A DNA stretch of 64,000 nucleotides from the human T2T-CHM13v2.0 reference genome, Homo sapiens, in the NCBI RefSeq assembly GCF_009914755.1, contig NC_060935.1; one strand, 5' to 3'. Below the pieces are notes generated by a model, which was given only the letters and a program-made list of their open reading frames with translations, searched no databases and had not been told where the DNA came from. Below, in pieces: positions 23,341-38,209 of this stretch (within the stretch, counting starts at the first letter, position 1; each line of letters starts with the position of its first letter). Both the position numbers and the translations under genes were made by a program.

Positions 23341-23905
23341 GAATCATGTATGTGAAGAGCCTCACACATCGTAGGTGACCAATTCCAAACCAGCGAGTGG
23401 ACGGGACTGCCTGGACAAAGTCGTGGGCACAAGGCCCTGCCCCAGTGGCCTTACAGTAGAGGCAGCCCCATTGCTCCATTCCTTTCTCTCTTAAGTTCTC
23501 CCTGATTCAGCCTCTGTCTCCACAGACCTCTGGGGCTTTGTGCTTCTCAGGGGCAGAAGGGCAGCTGCTTGGGCCCAGCCAGAATTAGCACGGCCTGTCT
23601 CTGAGTGGAGACCCTCATATGTCAGTCCCCTCTTCCTACTCCTGGTCCTTCAGCTGGGCAAAGAGGAAGCCGACTTGATGCTGAAGAGGGAAGCGGAGCA
23701 GAGGGGGTGTCAACACCTCCTGCTGTCCATCAGCAAAGCAGCTTCCGCTGTCAGAGGGCTGGTGGCACTGAGTGTCCCACCTCTTCTCCATAATTCATCC
23801 CAAACCAAGTGAGGAGCGCTGACTCGGCACTTCTGGTTGCAGGGCCTGGCTGTTCATAGGCTTTCCCAGACGCTTCTGGGCTCCGCCACATATCAGCAAT
23901 GGCAG

Positions 23906-23920
23906 TGATTTACGGTGTCA
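23906..23920 (+). promoter_or_regulatory. Candidate PBX-HOX site with an adjacent TALE (MEIS-type) half site
   Basis: TGATTTACGG immediately followed by TGTCA, in repeat-free sequence. Motif match only. Confidence 0.35.
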
Positions 23921-24368
23921 CAGGCCAGTGTCCTCTACCCTGACCACTGCTCTCAGCCACAGATTTAATTATTTAAACAGATTTTACATTTTATGAGCAT
24001 GCCCTCAGGCCTGGCAGAGGAAAGAAAGCCTCGGGAGAGAAAAAACAAAAACAAAAACAAAAGCAAAAAAACCTTTGCTTGAAACATTAAATTGAAATAT
24101 GGAAGGACGGAGTACAGGAAACATCCCTGATTCTTCAGTGTGTGGTATTCAAGGCCTTCTGAACTTGTCCCATTTTACCTGTTCCTTCCCTTGTTTCTAT
24201 CTTACTGTAGAAAAAAGTAATACTTGACCATCCTGTGCAAATGAGTGAGAGAGCAAACAAGAAAGTGAACCACGAAATGCTGGAGTAGAGAGAACGTACA
24301 GGAGATTCCCTTGTTTGCAAGTTCACAATTTTGTTTTTGCTAACTAGCCTTTCTGTGATGCATGTGTA

Positions 24369-24372
<4 letters not shown>

Positions 24373-24418
<46 letters not shown>
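24373..24418 (+). repeat. (AC)23 perfect microsatellite
   Basis: Uninterrupted AC run. Confidence 0.95.
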
Positions 24419-24422
<4 letters not shown>

Positions 24423-24429
24423 TCACTCA

Positions 24430-25075
24430 TAGGGTTTTACTATGTACCTGGTACTAAGGTAGGACTCGGAATGCCTTAGTGAACAAAACACACAAAAATC
24501 CCTGCCCTCATGGAATTTCCATTCCATGGCAGGAGGTATCGTTACCTCATCATTGGAGCTCCTGCTCTTTCATGAGGGTCCAGCTAAAATGCTACTTTTC
24601 CTTCCCTCCTGACCTTCCAGGAGAAATTAATGGCTTACGTGACACTCTAATTGTCTATCAGAGCCAAACTCACTCTGCCATAACTGTCGGTAAACTTGAA
24701 GCTCCTTTTCTTAGTCTGAGAACTCCTTGAAGGTGAGGACTGTCAAATTTTGCTTCTCTCTGAGCACCTAGCACAGTGCTTGCAGCATGGTAGATGCTTG
24801 TCATGTGGACGGCCATTGGAAGACTCCTCTGCCGCTCTTTTCTGGCAAAGGGAGTCTCCTCGTGTGTTCTCTTCACTCTGACATTTTCTGGTTTGTTTTG
24901 TTGTTTGTTCTCTCACTTCCTCCCTCAATCACTCATTCATTTAGTGAACATATATTTAGTGAGCACCACTCCATAGGAAGCCCTGTTTTAGGTGCTGGGG
25001 ATATGTTGACAAAGATAGAGAAGGCTCCTGACCTTGGTGTGCTTGCATCACAGCTGTAGAGGGAGGGAGGAAGCA
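24430..25075. mobile_element. L2 fragments, mixed orientation
   Basis: AGTGAACAAAACAC...CCTGCCCTCATGGAA; TGAGAACTCCTTGAAGG...GCACCTAGCACAGTGC; CATTCATTTAG...AGGTGCTGGGGATA. Confidence 0.6.
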
Positions 25076-25339
25076 GCTGTTCTATGGTTCTTTGTATATT
25101 AGTTTCTCAAACTGCCATAGGCAGTCATAGGCCCTCAGTGCCATGGCACACCCAGGCTGGGCCTGGGATGACCCATCCTAAACGCAGGTGGTGAGGTGTC
25201 TGTGTTTTCCCTGCTTGGTTCAGAGAATAAGGCTGAAGTAAATGAATCTCACCAATCTCCCTCTTCCAAGCTCTTCACCTCTGTGTAAACAGAAGATAAC
25301 AGAGTCCAAGGCTATTAAAATAATAATGCAAATAATCCA

Positions 25340-25800
25340 TATTTTTCATTTTAAAAGCACTTCTGGAGCATCCGATTAATCTTCTCAGTACCCTTGTGTG
25401 TAGATAAGTATAAGGTTTTGCTTTTAGATGAAGGAACTGAAACATGAGGTGATTAAACTATTGGCCTGAGGCTATAGTGAAAGCAAGGTTTTGAGTGGGG
25501 ATTGGATTCATCAGTCCTCAGTTACTTTGAGCAACTGCAGACTTCAAGGGCCATGTCCCGTGGGCAGCTGCAGGGATTGCAGCCAATCTGCCTTGGTGGG
25601 GGCAGTGCAGAGGGGTGGGGAAGAACTGAAGCTCTGCAGGCCCACAGGCACCACCATGTAGGGCTGTGTGACCTTTGGCAAGTGCTTTGAGCTCCCTGCA
25701 CTCCAGATTCCTCATCTATTACATGGAGATAATCACTTTGTTGCAGGGTTATGAGGGTGAAAATAACTGAGATTATGTTTGTAGAGTGCTTAGTGTGGGG
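25340..25800. mobile_element. Two MIRs (- then +)
   Basis: AGATGAAGGAACTGAA...; GCTGTGTGACCTTTGGCAAG...CAGATTCCTCATCTATTACATGGAGATAAT. Confidence 0.65.
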
Positions 25801-26249
25801 CAGGATACCTTTTTCTTAAAGTTTTCTAGAGACAGAAGCATTTGAAATGGGCAAAGTGCTTAGAGCTACGAATCACCGTCATCATCATTATCATCCAGCA
25901 TCTTTTGGGCATTTGGTGTATTCCAGACATAAAGGTGCATTAGCATAACTTCATTAAATGCTAAGTGTCTTGTTATGATCATCAGTCAGGTGCAACACCT
26001 ATGTCATGTCATTTATCTGATTTCTTTCTCCACGAACAAATGCCAGGCATCTGTCCTGTATGCTGCAGGGGATACAGAATTGCCTTGAATATGGACCCTG
26101 CCCCCTGAGAGATCCAGCTGGGGAAGCATCAGTCCAGTTAGTCATGAAGGGCCTGGGTCTACATCCTCAGCATCACCCAGGGTCTGGTTACCTGAAAGCC
26201 TTTTTGGCTCCAGCAGGGAAAGTTGCAATTAGCTTTGCTATATAAATAG

Positions 26250-26410
26250 CTCACATTCTAGATATGCCCTGCATGGCACCAGGCACATAACATGCATTCT
26301 TTTATCTAATCCTCATAACAATCCTGGGAGGCAAGAACAATTATCACTTGGATTTTGTAGATGAGGAAACTGAGGTGCAGAGAGAGAAATCACTTTTGTG
26401 AGGTTTCATA
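26250..26410 (-). mobile_element. MIR
   Basis: TAATCCTCATAACAATCCTGGGAGG...ATTTTGTAGATGAGGAAACTGAGG. Confidence 0.7.
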
Positions 26411-27495
26411 ACCAAACACATAGTTGGCCAATCCTCAGTTTGGTATGTCTGAGAGGAGATTTGTGTCTGAAGACAGAATAGAGAGGTATAAATTAAAGCC
26501 AGATTCATAATCCAGCTCATCATAACCTGCTATTGGGACTTTCAGGCTGTCACCCAGTTTTCTATGCAACTTTTAGTAAATCACCAAGGATTTATATGAT
26601 CTCTGTTATTGGCCCAAATTGTGGATGTTACAAGAGCAGTAGAGAATACCTTTTATTCTTGAAGATATTTGAGATGAAAGCATTTGGATTGGACAGGGTG
26701 TTTGGACATGCTCATCATCATCATCACCATCTTTATTATCACCTTCCAATATCTTTTGGGCATTTGGCACATTCTAGATATAAAGGTGTCTGGCATAGAC
26801 TACCCTATTGAATCCCCCCAAAATCTTTATGACTAGGTATTATTTAACCTATTTTAAAGATGAGAAAACAGGCATGCTAGAAAGCTTACAGATGTTAAGT
26901 AACTAGCCCAAGGCCACAGAGCTAGCAAATATGAGAGCTAGATTTAAATCATGCAGGGTTGCAGGAGGGAGTGCTGCCAGTCCTGGTATGGTCCTGTTTG
27001 AGAAGCCTCCTGTCTTGTCTCCTCTTTCAGTGCTCCAGGAAGCTTTCTCCTCCAGCAAGAATGAGAATTAATAACTTTAAAGTTGGAAGAGTCACTCTTG
27101 GTTTGCACACTTTTACGAGGCTTCCTTGGGAGGATGTTTAACCTCTGTCTGCACCTCTGTTTCCTCATTGCTCTCATGTGCCTGCCTCCTGGGGTGTGTC
27201 TGCATTATTAATGATGGCAAAGTGATGTGAGCACACTGCACCGAGGTAGATTCATGAGAGTGCAAAGTATGATTAATCTCCAGAACCATCCAATCGGGCC
27301 ACATGGAGCTGAAGGACATGGGTACCCTACATTTTGCAGGGCCTGGACTTAAGTGTGTTCACATCACTCTCACATCGGATTTTCCCTAAGACTCTGTGCA
27401 GGAGGCTGCATGGCAGACAGACGAAAGAGTATTAGGGCCACAGAGACCCATAGGATTACTGGAGGGAGAAAAGAGCATTGGGCCAAGGAGAAATT

Positions 27496-27845
27496 TGTGG
27501 CACAGAACTGCTAGTGCTCACCATTATCATGGCTATGCTAGTTTTTTAGCTTCCTTGCAATTAGGTGTGCCCATGTGACTGAATCTGGCCAATGGCATGC
27601 AAGTGGATGGGGTATGTGCCACTTTCAGGTGTGGCTCCTAGAATTTCCCCCTTGGGACCTTGCTAGAGGACTTAAATGAGGGTGGAGCCACAAGATGGAC
27701 AGAGCCTGGGTCCCTGAATGATAGCTGCTTTTCCTTGCCAACTCAGACTGAGCTGTGACGTGAAAAAAAAGCTTTTGCCATGTTAAGTCACTAAAATATT
27801 GGGGTTTATCTGTTGCATTCACTAGCATTATTTACCTAATAAGCA
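27496..27845 (+). mobile_element. MaLR LTR, MLT1J-like
   Basis: TCCTTGCAATTAGGTGTGCCCATGTGACTGA...GGAGCCACAAGATGG...AGCCTGGGTCCCTGAATGA...TTAAGTCACT. Confidence 0.7.
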
Positions 27846-28591
27846 ATAATAAAAATGTGACTTTTACAGCATTTGTGGTTTTCCAATCGCTTTCATATAC
27901 TATAATTTGGAGGATCTTCAGGAGACCTTTGTGTTTTTAGTATCACAGAGAGTTGTGTTTCTGGAGGGAACTATTTGTGTTCAACCTTATGGATATCTTG
28001 TGGGTTAATCATCTTTTCTTCTGTCACCCTGCCTTTTAGAAGGCTCATAGACATTGTGGCCTTGTGATCATGGCTGCATGACATGCTGTTTGAGTACCAA
28101 TTTCATTTCTGTGCCATCTTGCCTCCTAAGTGATTCACTTTCTTCAAACCTCAGTTGCCCCCTCTGTAAAATGGGGATAGACAAAGAGCCAACTTGGTTA
28201 GATGTGGCTAGACTTTCATCCATCTGAATAGCTCACACCCAACTCTGCTGCAGAGTCATTTCCCAAACCCTGATTCCCAGAATATGGAATGCAGGAGGAG
28301 GCTCAGCAATGCCCACTCCGACCTTTCATTCAGTGCTTCTCAAACTGCTGGGGATTGTTAGTGGTCTGCCAGGAGATGAATGAAGCCAGAGAATAAATAT
28401 GGCATAATTTTGCTATAAATGTGCAGAAACAAAACTTTTCAATTTTGATATGGCATATGCTTAAGCAACATCAGGAGATGTTTTCTTTCCATGTTATCCA
28501 AGCTAAAGGTCCTCCCTTCTCCCCATCCCCCCAAATCCTGGACAGTAGAAAATTCTTATTTGCCTGACTGAAAGGACAGATTCACTGGCTG

Positions 28592-28605
28592 GCTGCCATG
28601 GTAAC
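28592..28605. promoter_or_regulatory. Candidate RFX X-box
   Basis: GCTGCCATGGTAAC, 12/14 to GTTGCCATGGCAAC. Motif match only. Confidence 0.35.
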
Positions 28606-30197
28606 CCCTGCATGCCCTCCCTCAGTTGCTCTGCAGGTCCAAGCCTTCGGGTTTTAGCAAAACTCCCAGGGAGCAGCCTCTTGCATTATCTTTTCACACT
28701 TGCAGATCACTTCCTAAATTCCCAATGTGCCCTACATCAGGAATTTCTCTCTGAGTTTTGTATAGGAAAAGCATCACTTTCCCAAGGAATGGTCACTTGT
28801 TCTCCTGCTGTGATAAGGAGTCCTACAGAAATCATCACATTCTTCCTTGATCCTTGGCAGCCTGAAAGCCCAGGTGCCAGGTTTTGCACATATTTGTTTT
28901 CTCCCATTTCATTTAAAGAAATTGTTATCTCTCTCCTCCTCCATCCCTTTCCTTATTATTTTATTAAGTCTATTGTAAATGTCCGTTTTTTGTAATTTTC
29001 CTCAAGTCCTTCCTAGGGTGAGGCAGAATGGAAATCAATTCAAGAAATTACAAGTGCCTAAATAAACCAGCATTTCTAACACTCTAAGGGGGCCAGATTT
29101 TTTTGTTTGTTTGTTTTCCATTCCCTCTGCCTTCTCCCACCCATGGGGTCATTGGACAACCCTCATTCCTTGCCTAAACTCCCCTCCCCTCCCACCTTCT
29201 TGAGTCCTCATCCTTTATTACCCAGATAAATAATCCTGGCAAAGCTACACAATAAAAAGAACTAGTAGTTTTAATAAAGCAAAAGGACATTCAAAGCTCC
29301 CCTTGAATGTCAGCCTCAACTTTTGGCTACAGTGGAGGTGATGTAGAGCAATTATGATGAGGAGCTGCAAATAGGACCTAGGGTGGGGGGACTCACAGGA
29401 AGCCACCAAGGTAGAAGGAGTGATAATGTGGGGTAGGGGGTGCAGGGAGAGCTGATGGGTGGAAACAGATGGGTTAATGCAGGGAGGAGGAAGAGAATGG
29501 CTAGATGTGTTGACAGTGCCCAGGCGAGGAGCTGGTGTGATTACTTTCAAGTTGGCTACAAAAAAAAAAAAAAAAAGAAAAAAAAAAAAAAAGGCTTTTT
29601 CCCTCTGTGTTGGATGTTTTAAAAAGTTGTAATACCAGAAAGTTGTGCTTAAAACAAGACCACTAAAAACAGAACCCAGGAATTCAGTCGCTAACCATCA
29701 AACATTAGAAATCACTTTGGACTTAAGTAAATCATTTGCTAGCCTTAAATGCTTTTAATATATATGTTTAAAAGCTCCTGCCCTCTTTTGCTTTTTTATT
29801 TTTTAATGGCTGTCTGCCTGCCTCCGAACTGTAACATCTCAAGTGTTTTCTTCTTTTCTGGGGGGATAACCAAATCATAGTTTCTTTTGACCCGGTTCAC
29901 TGTCAGGTCTCTTCTTCCTCAGTAGTTAGAGACCAAGGGTGGGTAGTGAGGAGCCTGACATAATTACTAAAGGGGCATTCCTGCCGAGTCTTGCTAGACT
30001 CCAGAAGTCTGCAGAAAACAATTCCTGCCTGTTTTGATTCTGGAAACAATGAAATGGGGCACAGATGCCCCTCCATGCGATTCAACACATGTGGACTGGC
30101 ACCTTCTTAGGAACTGAGGGAACTATCCAAGACATGTAGCTCAACTTCTTAAATTGAGAGAGGAAAGATAGAGTCCAGAGAGGTGAGGTGACTACCC

Positions 30198-30557
30198 CAT
30201 ATTAGTCTGTTCTCTTGTGGCTAACAAAGACGTACTGGAGACTGGGTAATTTATGAAGGAAAGAGGTTTAATGGACTCACAGTTCCACATGGCTGGGGAG
30301 GCCACATAATCATGGCAGAAGATGAAGGAAGAACAAAGGGATGTCTTACATGGAGGCCGGTAACAGCGGTTGTGGAGGGGAACTCCCCTTTATAAAACTA
30401 TCAGAGCTCATGAGACTTATTCACTGTCACGAGAACGGCATGGGAAAAACCCAGCCCCATGATTCAATTATCTCCCACTGGGTCCCTCCCACAATACATG
30501 GGGATTATTACAATTCAAGGTGAGATTTGGGTGGGGACACAAAGCCAAACCATATCA
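30198..30557 (-). mobile_element. MaLR solo LTR, THE1 (C/D-like), inserted into a MIR
   Basis: TATTAGTCTGTTCTC...GAGACTGGGTAATTTAT..AGGAAAGAGGTTTAATGGACTCACAGTTCCACATGGCTGGGGAGG...GAGATTTGGGTGGGGACAC..AGCCAAACCATATCA. ACCCC on both flanks. Confidence 0.9.
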
Positions 30558-30659
30558 ACCCCTAATGTCACAGTGCCAGTATGAGGTACAGTTAGTACTA
30601 GAATCCAGGCCTTCAGACTCTCTACTTGCAGAAATCATGGGGTCTTGGTCCCAGGAGAA

Positions 30660-31335
30660 GACATAGGAGAAATAACATTTATAATGCACCTAGTATCTGC
30701 CTGGCACTACCTTAGGCATTTTACTCCATTACTATACAACCACTGAAAATGTCAGCTATTGCTTATTGAATACCTGCTACATGCTAACTATGCCATGCTA
30801 AACACGCACGTATATTTTTTCTCATCCTTACAAAATGCATGAGGCAAATATTACTCCCATTTTTACACACGGGCAAGCAGCCTAAAAGAGCTAAGTTACC
30901 CAAGGACACACAGCTAGGGAATATGGGAACTGGGACATGACTCTAAACCTATGTTCCTTCCTGAATCCCTATCCTTTTCCCCCAGTGACAGTTCTCACTC
31001 AACTGGCTCAGCCTTTGCAAAGTCCCATGGTAGGTGTTTGTGACTCAGGGAGTGGGTATAAGGTGTCCCTTTCTGGGATGTTTTCTTTTCCTCCCCTTCC
31101 CACTGTGTTTCCTGCTCTTCTGAGGCAGATGCACATACCTGGGGAAATACAGCATGGCAAAATGGAAAGAACACTTCAATGTCAGCTCAGTTCCTGCTAC
31201 AATTCTACATGCCATGATATTGGGCGAGTTCCCTGACTTCTGTGAGCCTCGTTCTCCTCATCTTTTAAAATGGAAATAATAATATCTATGCCTAAGGGTT
31301 GAAATCCAACATATGAAGTGTCTGACTTATAAGTG
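30660..31335. mobile_element. MIR fragments
   Basis: CTCCCATTTTTAC...AAGTTACCCAAGGACACACAGCT; GAGCCTCGTTCTCCTCATCTTTTAAAATGGAAATAATAAT. Confidence 0.6.
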
Positions 31336-31947
31336 TTTAGGAGTGATAGCTGTAAGCTGTGGCCAGTTCTGGAAGGTTCCATGCCAGTTTTCGAAGTTCC
31401 CTGAAAAGCCCTAGGAGACCTGGCCTATCTTTTCCCCTCCTGTATCTGATCTTGGGCCTGGAAGTTCTGGGAGAGCAGGGCTGAGTGAGCATCTGTGTAG
31501 GGCCATTCTGGGTCATGAACCATTGCCAATGGTGGAAACTGTTGGGTTCATCAGACTCATTGTCCAGTGCATAATTCCTACATTCATCACAGGGTAATGC
31601 AAAATATTCTTGTTCTACATATACTATGGAGAAGAAGAAAAATATCTCCATACTATTGTTTATGAGGAGGAGGAGTCCCCAGAGGTGAATACCAACAGCT
31701 TCTTGCAGACATTGAGGCAGGGCAGTAAATAAGAGATAAGCAGATTGGTGATGGAAGCCTTTCTGGTACATACATGTGTGCATGTGTGCACATATTTGCA
31801 TGACCTTGGTTTGAGTGATTCTATATTTATGTGACAGGTCTCTAGTTCTGTCAAGGTGCAATAGGCTTGTTTTGTCCAGGTCTGTTGGAGATACGCACAG
31901 GTGTATGAGGTTGTTCCTCATTACTAGGAGGAGCAATGAGGGCTAGT

Positions 31948-32125
31948 ATTGTGGTTCCCAAGCCCAGCTATGCTTTAGGACCTGGGGAGCTTGCAAACAA
32001 CCCTGCAGAGTCCCAAGCCCCACCTCTAGAGAGCTTGATACAGCCTGGGTAGGAATGAGGTACCGATTTGTAATTTTAAAAGGCTTTCCCTGTACTCCTG
32101 ATGAATAGCCAGGTTGGGAACCATG
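31948..32125. mobile_element. hAT-Charlie MITE, MER5-like
   Basis: Inverted termini GTGGTTCCCAA ... TTGGGAACCAT. Interior CCTGGGGAGCTT...CCCCACC...CTGATGAATAGCCAGG. Confidence 0.65.
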
Positions 32126-33407
32126 GAGACAGTAGACAGGTCATGGTGTATGATCCAGATTGGGTCTGAATTCCTTTCCAATATGGACTAGCTAGAGACC
32201 CACAGCTCTGATGGATCATCTCATTTGCTTCTCAGAGTCCCTCTGTGTTCCTGTGTCATCATCCCCCTCTCAAAGCGAAGGAGAAAGGCTTCGAGAAGTC
32301 ACCCAGCTAGGAAGGGCCTCACTTTGGATTAGTGCATTTTTCTCATCATAGCAATATCCATGGACATAGGTATCTGGCACTAACCACACTGGGCGGCGGG
32401 TGGGGGGGGGGCCCACACTGGGTAGCCAGTGTCATTGGTACACACCTCTCTGGGCAACAGTTGCTATTTACTTAAAAAAGTAAGTTACAATTGGCACATT
32501 TTCTGTTTGCAATAATAAAAAATAATTCCTCTTCCTTGCGCACAAAGGCTCCAATTATGATTTAATTCAATTCTGATTAACTATGCTTTGATGGCATTTC
32601 CATTACATAAAAAATAAAATGTATTAGCCAAGCATAATGTGTTTTGACTATAGTTCTGATGCTAATAAGGAGGCTGCTTGGCGGCTATGATCCCACACTT
32701 AATTCCACAGTTGCAAAGAATGAGAGGGAAAAAAATGAGGCAGATAACTGAGAAATCCCACATGAGGGGCATTGTGGTTTGGGGGTGGAACGGGGGCTAC
32801 CAGCCTATGCCTGGTGTTCTCAGGTTTGGTTCTCACAGCCTCTACTTAAGGTGTTTCTAGATGTGCATTGGGCAGGAAGCAATGGCTATCCTGCCTCCTG
32901 TCTTAGGTAGGGGTGGGGTGGGGGAGAGGTATGAAGATGGAGCTGACTGCACACCCGCTCCCGTGAGTCGCTAGACCAGTCAGGCTTGTTCCCACCACAT
33001 CAAGGGGAACAACACTCCTCCTGCCTCCCAGTCTCTCTCCCAGTTTGAGTAATCTGCAGCCTCCTGGCCCCTGCTCACCTGGTCTCCCACTAGACAATGC
33101 TTGAGATGGCCAGTGTCCCCACCTCCCCATGTCCTTGATGCGTACATATAGTTAGTAACCCTTCCTTGGGCCCTAACTGGTATCCTTCCATCTCTGAAGA
33201 AGGGGCTGACCTGGGTGAGCCTCTGTCCTGACACTTGCTCTACAGCTGTGATTTTGCCAACAAAATCAGTTTCCTGTCTATGAAAGAGGAAACTGGTGGA
33301 TCTGGGCCTGTGTGCTCTTGGATTCGTCTCTTGACACTTTCTCTCCTCTCTTCTATTTGGCAGGGGCTGACCTCTGACCCCAGCCTCCTGGCTTCCCCTG
33401 GATTTGG

Positions 33408-33421
33408 CCAGTGGAGGGCAC
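33408..33421 (+). promoter_or_regulatory. Candidate CTCF core site
   Basis: CCAGTGGAGGGCAC, 13/14 to CCASYAGRKGGCRS and preceded by TGG. Motif match only. Confidence 0.35.
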
Positions 33422-34429
33422 TGGCTGGAGGAGGGAGGCAGAGGCTGCCTTACTCTGTGGGACGTCTCCCATGTAGGGACCACTCCTTAGGGACTCCTCT
33501 TGACCTTAGAGGGGGATCTTCTGCTTCTGGCTGTTGTTAATCTTTGAGTTGCCTCATTCTTCCCTGTTGGCTTCTCAGCTTTCCAGCTCGCATGTAACCA
33601 AATCTTTACCATCCAGGTTTAAAAACCGTGTATACTGATTAAATCTTTCTGTTTGCATTTTATGCATGCTCGCGTGTGCACACACACACACATGCATGCT
33701 GTGCATATATATGAATAATCAAAACATGAATGGGTCATATTACACACGTTGTTTGATCTACTGTTTAGTATGTTATTAAAATTTTATTTTCTTATTTAAT
33801 TTCTAAAATATGTTTAATATTTTAATATTCTGTCATAAGATCTATTATAATTTATTTAGCATCCTGTTATTGAGTACTTTGATACTTTACTTTTTAACTT
33901 ATATAAATAATTACATGGAACTTCTAACTAAGGGAGCAAAATAAAGCCAGCTGAACAATTGCTGTCACCTAGTTTTTGACTAAATGAACAGTAGATAATT
34001 AAAAGTCTGCTCATCTCTTTCCCTGCAATCATCAGTAGCACCAAATAAAAAAAGGTTTACAACTTAATGCCATAAACCTCAAGAAAAGATTTTGACCCTG
34101 CTGGTGTTGTTCTTAACTCTATCAGGTCAGAAGCCAGAGTGGGGAGAAGGAGTGACTCAGAAAAATGCTGAGGTCTCTCACTAATCATCCCACATCTGGA
34201 GGGGACCAGAATGAGAATGTGGGATGTGAGCAGGCTGTCCAGAGGAAAGCCTCATGGCCTCTACTTACTATCCCTTAAGCCAAGGAGCTAGTCTTCCCTG
34301 ATTCACGATTTTTCTGGGACATTATGTTCATGTTGTGAAACATTGGGAAGCACTGCCCGAGACCACCAAAAAGTTCTTAATCTTGTAATACTACAGCTAT
34401 TGATATAGAGTTCAAGAAGAGCAGATATA

Positions 34430-37114
<2,685 letters not shown>

Positions 37115-37149
37115 TTGTCATCTTATTTTAATGATGGCTATTTATTTTA

Positions 37150-37480
<331 letters not shown>

Positions 37481-37559
37481 GATTTTGGTTGGTTGGTTGT
37501 TTTGTTCACTTTTTTTGTACTTGTTATTGCTTGAAAGTTTTTCAGTAAGTATGAATACT

Positions 37560-38130
37560 TTATTTAAAAATAATAATATTGCAATGAAAAATCCTTGTGT
37601 TTTAGTCCATATTTACATATCTCATTTTTAAAAAGCTATTGCATCTTGGAGTTTGAATATTTTTAGGCTCATGATAACTATGGTTAAATTCCTTTTTGTA
37701 TTATAAAGTTTATAGTCATACAAACAATGTATTATGATGCCTGCCTTATTATACTATTGCAGCATTATTATTATTACAATAACAGTTTGATGAACTAAAA
37801 ATGGCATCTTGTTTCAATTTGCCTTTGTTTAATTACAAGAGAAAGTTTGAACATCTTTCACACACCTACAGCCTTCTTGTATTTTTTTGTTCTGTTCATG
37901 CTTTTATACCTTTTCTACAGTTGTTGTTTGCTTATTTATGAGTACATCATACACACACAATCACCTGTCTTGTTTGTGGCTAATATTCTTAGTCTATGCT
38001 TAGCTTTCTAATTTTGTTCCTGAATTGCTCATACATTTTTTTATATTTTAGCCAGAGATTTTATTTTCCTCTGATTTCTCTCATGGATTTTGACTGATGA
38101 CTTTTTTGGCATGACTAATCCTTTTTTATG
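37560..38130 (-). mobile_element. Highly diverged L1M/L1ME fragment
   Basis: AAAATGGCATCTTGTTTCAATTTGC...GTTTGAACATCTTTC resembles the antisense 3' region of L1 ORF2. Confidence 0.5.
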
Positions 38131-38209
38131 TACATATCATAGCCTCCCAACTGTTCTGGCATTTCCTTGTGGGTAGTATCTTCTACCTCTCCTCACCCTA
38201 CCAGTGCAT

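Noticed and set aside
31337-31936. 199-aa minus-strand ORF
   Set aside because: TTG start, includes a translated TG/CA low-complexity stretch, no recognisable homology or exon structure.
32980-33483. 167-aa minus-strand ORF
   Set aside because: GTG start, composition typical of non-coding GC-rich DNA, no recognisable family.
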